Shown here: in pieces, positions 57,623-64,000 of the stretch
Position numbering within the stretch: position 1 is the first letter of the stretch
Layout of the letters: the number at the start of each line of letters is the position of its first letter
Assembly: GCA_963836235.1 (NCBI GenBank)
Contig: CAWIIP010000002.1
Span: 512,001-576,000, forward strand
Reading direction: 5' to 3'
Source of the DNA: an uncultured Pseudomonadota bacterium
GTDB lineage: Bacteria; Oederibacteriota; Muellerivitia; Muellerivitales; Muellerivitaceae
DNA: 64,000 bases
Notes under the pieces: model-generated
The model's input: the letters and a program-made list of their open reading frames with translations, nothing else
Database searches by the model: none
Told to the model about the DNA's origin: nothing
Position numbers and translations under genes: made by a program

Positions 57623-58332
57623 TAAAAAACCGCTCCTTCCACCACTTGAGCGCTCTTGGGCGGGGTGAACTGGAACAGGCTATCCTTTAATCCCCCGTTA
57701 AAGGAAATATTTGAAAAATCGGCTTTCGTCGTCATTGCCGGCGTCTCGACTTCCATCCGGTAGGGCCACCAGTCTTTCTTATGGATATAGACCCTCATCT
57801 TGTCGAACCCGGCATCTTGGACCAGGGGTATAAAAAGCAGGCCGACTTGGCTGTCTGAGTTCTCAATGATGGAAACCCGGCTGATGCCGATATATTTCTT
57901 TAGTTCCTTTCCCACTCCTAGGTAAATCGGCGCGTTAGCGCTTTGGCCTTTGCCGCTGTGCTGTTGATAAACCATCTTCTGGGCCGGTTGGTACATTTGT
58001 ACTAGGTCCCCATCCGAGTAAAGGTATTGTTCGGAAGGCTGGGTGTAATGGACATAAATCATATCCGGGGACTTAATTTTCACCTTGCCCGTTAACTTTT
58101 GTTGGGTACCCGAAAGAGAATCCTTCATTTCCATTTTGAGGTCCATTTGAACATCCTGGATGGCCGACTGGGCCTGCTCGACGTTCTTGGAAACCTGGTC
58201 GACCGACAAGTCTTTTGTTGAATCCGCCCAAAGCGTGGATGAGCCTATCAAAAAAATCATCGCAGCCAGAACGGTTTTACCGCCAGCAGCTAACTGACAG
58301 CCGCGAACTATATTTTTAGTCCTGTTTTTCAT
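57622..58332 (-). CDS. lolA: LolA-family lipoprotein carrier
   Basis: Signal peptide; GKVKIKSP..., C-terminal LFQFTPPKSAQVV; directly downstream of ftsK; start uncertain. Confidence 0.8.
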   Translation of the reverse strand: MKNRTKNIVRGCQLAAGGKTVLAAMIFLIGSSTLWADSTKDLSVDQVSKNVEQAQSAIQDVQMDLKMEMKDSLSGTQQKLTGKVKIKSPDMIYVHYTQPSEQYLYSDGDLVQMYQPAQKMVYQQHSGKGQSANAPIYLGVGKELKKYIGISRVSIIENSDSQVGLLFIPLVQDAGFDKMRVYIHKKDWWPYRMEVETPAMTTKADFSNISFNGGLKDSLFQFTPPKSAQVVEGAVF

Positions 58333-60766
58333 CCAGAGTTTCCTCATCTTCTTCTAAAGGCCCGCCCGAACCGCCTGGGATTTGGACGAGTATCTTACGG
58401 GGTTTATTGCCATCAGCGGGACCCACCACTCCGCGCAGTTCCATGTCATCCAGAAGCCGGGCTGCCCGGCTATAGCCCACCTTGAGGCGCCTTTGGAGTA
58501 AAGAAGTTGAAGCCTGCTTAGCCCTGATGACGATTTCCATTGCTTCTTCGTAAAGTTCGTCTTCGGGGGCTTCGGTGACCGCATCCTTAGAGGATTTTGC
58601 CTCAGATAAGTCCGCGGTGTACTGGGGCCCGCCTTGAGACGTCCAAAAGTCCACCAAACGCTCGATTTCTTCCAACGTAACATAGGCCCCCTGAAGCCGC
58701 AAGGGTTTGGGGGCGCCTGAGGGAAGGTAAAGCATGTCTCCTCGTCCCAAAAGCGCTTCCGCCCCATTCATATCGAGAATGGTGCGGGAATCGACTTTGG
58801 AGAAAACCTGAAAGGCAATACGGGCCGGGAAGTTAGCCTTGATAATCCCCGTGATGACCTCAACGCTAGGGCGTTGGGTAGCCAGCACCAGGTGAATACC
58901 AACCGCCCTAGCCATTTGGGCTAGGCGGGTAATTGAATCTTCCACCTGATCTTTGGCTACCATCATCAGGTCCGCCAATTCGTCCACCAAAACCACGATG
59001 TAGTACATAGGCAGGACTTGTGTTTCCCCCGCTTCCCTCTTTTGTTGCAACTTGCTGTTATAGCTGTCGATGTCACGCGCGCCGATGTGGGCCAACATTT
59101 GGTACCTTTCTTCCATTTCCCGCACCAGCCACTTCAGGGCGAAGTGGGCTTCCTTAGGATCATTGACCACCGGCAGGGCCAAGTGTGGCAGGCCTTTGTA
59201 AATGCTCATTTCCACCCTTTTAGGGTCGATCAAAACCATGCGCAGTTGTTCGGGATCGTATTTGAAAATGAGGCTCGCGATAAGGGTGTTCACGCAGACG
59301 CTTTTCCCGGAACCGGTGGAACCCGCGATCAGAACATGCGGCATTTCCTTAATGCTGGCGAAAGCCGTTTCCCCCGCGATATCGCAGCCCAAAGCCACCA
59401 GCAATTTTTTGGAGGAGGACAGAAAGGCTTCCTGGGCGATGAGTTCCTTCAAAGTCACGATCCGGCCCTTGAGATTTGGCACCTCAATCCCGACTGTCGC
59501 CTTGCCCGGTATGGGCGCTACCACCCGAACCTGCCCGCACTTTAAGGCCAGAGCTAAATCGTCAGCCAAGGAAGCGATCCGGTTGATTTTCACCCCGGCA
59601 GCCAGTTGGATTTCATATTGGGTCACGGTAGGTCCGGGATTGACCCCCACCACATTGGCATCTACCCCGAAATTGGTCAGGCTTTCTTTAATGGTCCGGC
59701 TGATACCCTCGAAATTATCCATGGGCTTGTCCTTGGAATCGTCCAAGGTCTTTAAGATATGCGCGGGGGGCAATTGCCACTGGCGAACGACTCGGGCCGG
59801 TTTCTTTTCTTCTTCCGGTTCCTCCTCGTCCTCGACCATCTCGATACTGGCGGCTTCCATCTTTTGTTTCAGCGTCATGGGGTCTCCCCCCTTGGCCTCG
59901 GCCATGGCGGCGGCAACTACGTCTTCCTCTACTACATTATCGGAAGCCATTGGCTCTTCCGCCTCACCCGTAAAAAGAGGTCTGGATAGGGCTGTCGTCC
60001 TAGAAGGCTTTAAAGTTTTCGACACGGCTGGAATAGAAGCCAGCACCGGCGCCGGACCAGGGTCCACGGATGCCCTTTTTCCCTTGGGCTCTTCACGAAC
60101 CCCTTTATCACCCTTTTCCAGTTTTTTGCGGGCTTCATCCCCGATCTTTTTTTCCCTTTGGCGGTCCTTCCAATCCGAGAAAGTCTTCAAGATTTTCTCG
60201 TGGATCAATACAAAGGCCTCAAACCCATGCTCCTGGAACCAACCCGCTCCCTTTTGAAAGCCTTCCAGAGCGCTCTTGGCGGCCTTGACCAAGTGTTCTT
60301 CCTTTTCCAAAAGCCAAGCCGCCAAAACAAGGACAATGAGGGAAATAATGACAGTCCCCGGACGGCTGAAAATCGCTTCCATCCGGTCGCCCACCTGTAT
60401 TCCCAGCCACCCGCTCCATTCCACCCCTTCACGCATTTGGGCTGCAGAGAACATTTGGGAATTGGGCCAAATGACTCTCGTCATGGCGCCAAGGGAAACC
60501 AGGGAAAGAAGGAAGCCCAAAATCTTAAATCCAGGCTCCACCATCGGATGGTTGCGGAAACGGCCAATGGCGAAACGGATGAAAACCAGAGGGAAAAGCC
60601 AAGCCCAAAGACCGAAACCGTAATAAAGTAAAAAGGCAAGATCCGAACCCGCTTCACCTAGAAGGTCGCGGTTCGCGCCTGTGGGGATGAGGGAAAGGGC
60701 GATCAAGAGGCTGAAGCTTCCGGTGAGAAAAACCACCAGGAAATGGTGGCGTTTATTTTCGGCCAT
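58316..60766 (-). CDS. ftsK: DNA translocase FtsK
   Basis: N-terminal TM helices; GSTGSGKS, DELADLMM, ATQRPSV; gamma domain SLLQRRLKVGYSRAARL. Confidence 0.97.
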   Translation of the reverse strand: MAENKRHHFLVVFLTGSFSLLIALSLIPTGANRDLLGEAGSDLAFLLYYGFGLWAWLFPLVFIRFAIGRFRNHPMVEPGFKILGFLLSLVSLGAMTRVIWPNSQMFSAAQMREGVEWSGWLGIQVGDRMEAIFSRPGTVIISLIVLVLAAWLLEKEEHLVKAAKSALEGFQKGAGWFQEHGFEAFVLIHEKILKTFSDWKDRQREKKIGDEARKKLEKGDKGVREEPKGKRASVDPGPAPVLASIPAVSKTLKPSRTTALSRPLFTGEAEEPMASDNVVEEDVVAAAMAEAKGGDPMTLKQKMEAASIEMVEDEEEPEEEKKPARVVRQWQLPPAHILKTLDDSKDKPMDNFEGISRTIKESLTNFGVDANVVGVNPGPTVTQYEIQLAAGVKINRIASLADDLALALKCGQVRVVAPIPGKATVGIEVPNLKGRIVTLKELIAQEAFLSSSKKLLVALGCDIAGETAFASIKEMPHVLIAGSTGSGKSVCVNTLIASLIFKYDPEQLRMVLIDPKRVEMSIYKGLPHLALPVVNDPKEAHFALKWLVREMEERYQMLAHIGARDIDSYNSKLQQKREAGETQVLPMYYIVVLVDELADLMMVAKDQVEDSITRLAQMARAVGIHLVLATQRPSVEVITGIIKANFPARIAFQVFSKVDSRTILDMNGAEALLGRGDMLYLPSGAPKPLRLQGAYVTLEEIERLVDFWTSQGGPQYTADLSEAKSSKDAVTEAPEDELYEEAMEIVIRAKQASTSLLQRRLKVGYSRAARLLDDMELRGVVGPADGNKPRKILVQIPGGSGGPLEEDEETLDEKQD

Positions 60767-60954
60767 TAGAAGTGGGGCCTGGAGGGCTTGAAATGGCCCC
60801 GGAAAGTGGATCGTTCAGAAAAAAGTGTGGATGAATTCATCTTGGAATCAAAGTATAGCTGATGGGACGGAAAATTCCGAAAATAAATCTTTCCCGTTTC
60901 ATTTCAGGCCTCTTGTAAAATACCGATGTCCAAAGGCCATTCCCTGGAGTCCTC

Positions 60955-61866
60955 TTGTTTTTTAATATTGCCGCCAACGTCATCCTCCCGATTTTCCTCG
61001 TCATGTTCCTGGGTTACTTGGTGGCGAAAAACTTCAAGTTGGATCTGGCTTCCCTTTCTAAACTCAACTTTTATATTTTTATCCCCGTCTTCATGTTTTA
61101 CAGCCTGCTGATTTTCAAACCCGGTGCCAAGGAAATGGCCGACACGGTTCTTTTTAACTTTCTTTTAGCTTTTGTGACCTTCCTATCCATGCTGGCCTTA
61201 ACCCGCTGGCTGAAATTCTCTCCCGGCCTAGCCTCCGCCTCCACCTTAGGCGTCATGATCTTCAACTCGGCCAATTACGGTATTCCGGTGGTGCAACTGG
61301 CTTTCCAAGGAGAGGGTGTAGCGATCCAAGTGATCACCATCACGGCCATGAACGTCCTGACCTATACCCTGGGCATCCTCATCGCGGGAGGATGGAGCGA
61401 ATGGCGGAAAGGAATGGTGATTATCCTGAAGCTTCCGATCCTATACGCCTTAGCAGGAGCCCTCATCCTGAGGGGTTTAAGTTGGGATTTACCCTACGCC
61501 GTCATGACTCCCCTTAAATGGACTTCCGATGGAATGCTGCCCATCGCTCTTCTCACCCTGGGCGCCCAGTTGGGCCAAGGGGGCATCTCCTTGAAACATC
61601 CCAAGGAAATTTGGATAACCGTCACCGCCCGCCTGCTTTTATGCCCTCTATTGGCTTTTAGCCTGATCCACCTGATAGGCCTTGAGGGGATGCTAGCCCG
61701 GGTTCTCTTTGTTTCCAGCGCATTCCCCACGGCTGTCGCAACCGTCCTTTTCGGTATTGAATATGATAAAGAACCTACTTTTGCCGCCGATGTGGTGTTT
61801 CTAACGACTCTTCTTTCCGCTATCACCGTTACGGGCGCGATCAGTCTTTCAGCAACACTCTTTTAG
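60955..61866 (+). CDS. AEC (auxin efflux carrier) family transporter
   Basis: About ten TM helices; FNSANYGIP, SSAFPTAV. Confidence 0.92.
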   Translation: MFFNIAANVILPIFLVMFLGYLVAKNFKLDLASLSKLNFYIFIPVFMFYSLLIFKPGAKEMADTVLFNFLLAFVTFLSMLALTRWLKFSPGLASASTLGVMIFNSANYGIPVVQLAFQGEGVAIQVITITAMNVLTYTLGILIAGGWSEWRKGMVIILKLPILYALAGALILRGLSWDLPYAVMTPLKWTSDGMLPIALLTLGAQLGQGGISLKHPKEIWITVTARLLLCPLLAFSLIHLIGLEGMLARVLFVSSAFPTAVATVLFGIEYDKEPTFAADVVFLTTLLSAITVTGAISLSATLF

Positions 61867-61874
61867 GAAACGGG

Positions 61875-62009
61875 ATGAAACGAAAGACAAACAAACCTAA
61901 GAAAAATGCGCAAAAAGAAAAAGACCTTTGGAAAAACCCTTCCTATCGCAACATGATCAATCCTTACGAAAGCAAATATCCCCAACCAAAGAAGAAGAAA
62001 AACTCTTAA
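61875..62009 (+). CDS. Small basic hypothetical protein (44 aa)
   Basis: AGGA SD; MKRKTNKPKKNAQKEKDLWKNPSYRNMINPYESKYPQPKKKKNS. Confidence 0.45.
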   Translation: MKRKTNKPKKNAQKEKDLWKNPSYRNMINPYESKYPQPKKKKNS

Positions 62010-62014
62010 ATGCC

Positions 62015-62125
62015 GTCATTGCGAGGAGGACGAAGGACGACGTGGCAATCTAAATATTCCAGAAACTGCAGTTTGTTTGAGATTTTGGATCACCACGTCC
62101 TCCCTTTGGTCGTCCTCGTGATGAC
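62015..62125. repeat. MITE/REP-like long inverted repeat (GTCATTGCGAG...GCAATC type)
   Basis: Left arm GTCATTGCGAGGAGGACGAAGGACGACGTGGCAATC; right arm GATCACCACGTCCTCCCTTTGGTCGTCCTCGTGATGAC. Confidence 0.75.
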
Positions 62126-62149
62126 AACAAAACAATTCATAAGGACTCC

Positions 62150-63881
62150 ATGATCTACCCTCAATCCAATTCATATCGCCAAGTTAGAAGTCTTTCTGGC
62201 TCTTGGGATTTCCGGGCCGATGCCCAAAATCAGGGTTTGAAAAGAGGATGGTTTCAGGGCTTTGCAAAAGAACGAACTATCCCCGTACCCGCCAGTTGGA
62301 ACGAGCAGTTTCCTGACTTATTCAATTATCTGGGTGCCGCCTGGTACCAAAAGAAATTTCGCTGGATTGGGCGGAATGAAAAAGCCTTCTTAAGATTTGA
62401 TTCGGTCAATTACTTCTCAGAAGTATGGCTCAACGGAATCAAACTGGGTTCCCACGAGGGGGGACATCTTCCTTTTGTATTTGAAGTCACCCCTCACCTA
62501 AAGAAAACCAACAACTGCTTAGTCGTCCGGGTGGAAGGCCTTTTGAAACCGGATCGGGTGCCTCCAGGCAATGTCCCCTTCGACCCCAAGGACGCCTTTG
62601 CCAACAGCTTTAACCCACCTGCTTCCTTTGACTTCTTTCCCTATTGCGGCATCCAAAGGCCCGTGATGCTATTCACTACTCCCAAGGAATTGATCCAAGA
62701 CGTAACCATCACCACCGAAATCCAGGACAAAAACGGGAAGGTTCGAATCCAGGTAAAGACAAACGCCACCCGAGACACCTCCCTACAAGTTTCACTCAAG
62801 GGCTTCGGATGGGCAACCTCAGCTGGAAGTCAGCTAACCTTCGGTTCATCTGAAACCTTATTAACCGTTCCCGAAGCCAAACTCTGGGCCCCAGGTTCAC
62901 CCCATCTTTACGATTTACAATTGCAACTCCAAAGAAACGGGCGGGTCGTCGATCAAGTGCGAATGCCGGTAGGTATTCGGACGATTGCAGTAAAAGGAAC
63001 CAACCTACTTCTCAATGGGAAGCCGGTATTCCTCAAAGGCTTTGGCCGTCATGAGGACTATCCGGGAACCGGACGGTACCTTCCCCCGACCGCCCTCAAG
63101 AATGATTACCAAAACCTGAAATGGATCGGCGCCAATTCCTTCAGAACCAGTCACTACCCTTATTCCGACCAGGACTTAGCGATGGCCGACCGGCTGGGCT
63201 TTTTGGTCATTGACGAGACCCCCGCCGTGGGGCTTTTCTTCAAGAAAACAGGACTTAAAGAAACGACTTCAGCTTTGCCGCCAATTCACCCAGGAAATGA
63301 TCGAACGGGATAAAAACCATCCCAGCGTAGTCATGTGGAGCCTAGCCAATGAGCCCCATTCCAAAAGACCGGGGGCCGCTGCCTTCTTTAAAAATCTTAC
63401 CCAATTAGCCCGAAATCTGGATAAAACCCGCCCCATCACCTTAGTCAGCTACCTGGGAACCGCTGAGGAATCCTTCAGGTTTCTAGACGTAGTCTGCGTA
63501 AATCGCTATTTCGGCTGGTACAGTGAACCCGGCGATCTAGATAAGGCTATTCCCCGGCTCTCAAAAGATTTGGACGCCATTCACCGGAAGTTCAAAAAGC
63601 CCATCCTGGTAACGGAATTCGGCGCCGACGCCGTTCCGGGAAGCCATGCCGACCCGCCCACGATGTTCAGCGAGGAATACCAGGCCGAGATGATCGAAAG
63701 GTACCTGAAAGTCATCGGTCAAAAGCCCTATGTTTCCGGAGCCCATGTTTGGAACCTGAATGATTTCAGGACCGCCCAGGCCACCCACCGGCCCAACGGG
63801 ATCAACTATAAGGGCGTCTTCACCCGGGACCGAAAACCCAAGCTGGCTGCCCATACCTTGCGAAAGATTTGGGCCAAATAA
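62150..63881 (+). pseudogene. uidA: GH2 beta-glucuronidase split by a +1 frameshift near 63244-63263 (may be a sequencing indel)
   Basis: ORF1: HEGGHLPF, GFGRHED, NSFRTSHYPY, DETPAVG. ORF2: RDKNHPSVVMWSLANEP, NRYFGWY, TEFGAD, NYKGVFTRDR. Confidence 0.85.
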
Positions 63882-63894
63882 AAAAGACTACCTT

Positions 63895-64000
63895 CTAAGC
63901 GGTTTCGTATTTCCTGATTCCTGCCGAATAAGAAATGATCATCTTGGCGTCCTCCGCTCCGAGGTTCCGGGCGCCGTGGAACGTTCCGACGGGGATCAAA
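63895..64000 (-). CDS. 3' end of a cupin-domain protein (5' part off-window)
   Basis: ...LIPVGTFHGARNLGAEDAKMIISYSAGIRKYETA* matches cupin motif 2 (IPxGxxHxxxN). Confidence 0.7.
   Translation of the reverse strand, partial: LIPVGTFHGARNLGAEDAKMIISYSAGIRKYETA

Noticed and set aside
59202-60257. 351-aa plus-strand ORF, and similar long ORFs opposite mutS and ppdK
   Set aside because: Antisense shadows of conserved genes with no recognisable motifs.
1-64000. CRISPR array, prophage, transposase or reverse transcriptase
   Set aside because: Intergenic regions are all short (under about 300 bp) with no regularly spaced direct repeats, and no ORF carries the relevant motifs.

Overview
A mostly housekeeping stretch of a bacterial chromosome, probably diderm (a LolA-like gene is present), with nearly all genes on the minus strand. 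Recognisable genes: mutS, miaB, scpAB, trpS, a tRNA nucleotidyltransferase, rnhB, rpsP-khpA-rimM-trmD-rplS, tRNA-Thr(CGT), yebC-ruvC-ruvA (no ruvB), tyrS, a PBP1A, ppdK, glyQS, a cold-shock gene, an Rrf2-sufBCDSUT operon, recO, yajQ, rodZ, lolA and ftsK. Glycan-related genes are interleaved with these (GH9, a tandem CBM11-like protein, a frameshifted GH2 beta-glucuronidase). The most unusual part is the first 6.6 kb. A CDS of at least 1192 aa, absent from the ORF track because it runs off the left edge (3578 to <1, minus), fuses an N-terminal HicB-like antitoxin domain to a seven-repeat beta-propeller, an FN3-like domain and at least 7 tandem Ig-like repeats, with no signal peptide and no adjacent hicA. 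One repeat carries a 33-nt in-frame REP-like insertion. Upstream lie small secreted/hypothetical genes separated by strongly structured intergenic sequence. No CRISPR array, integrase or transposase was seen. All calls come from manual reading and motif recognition; no database searches were run.
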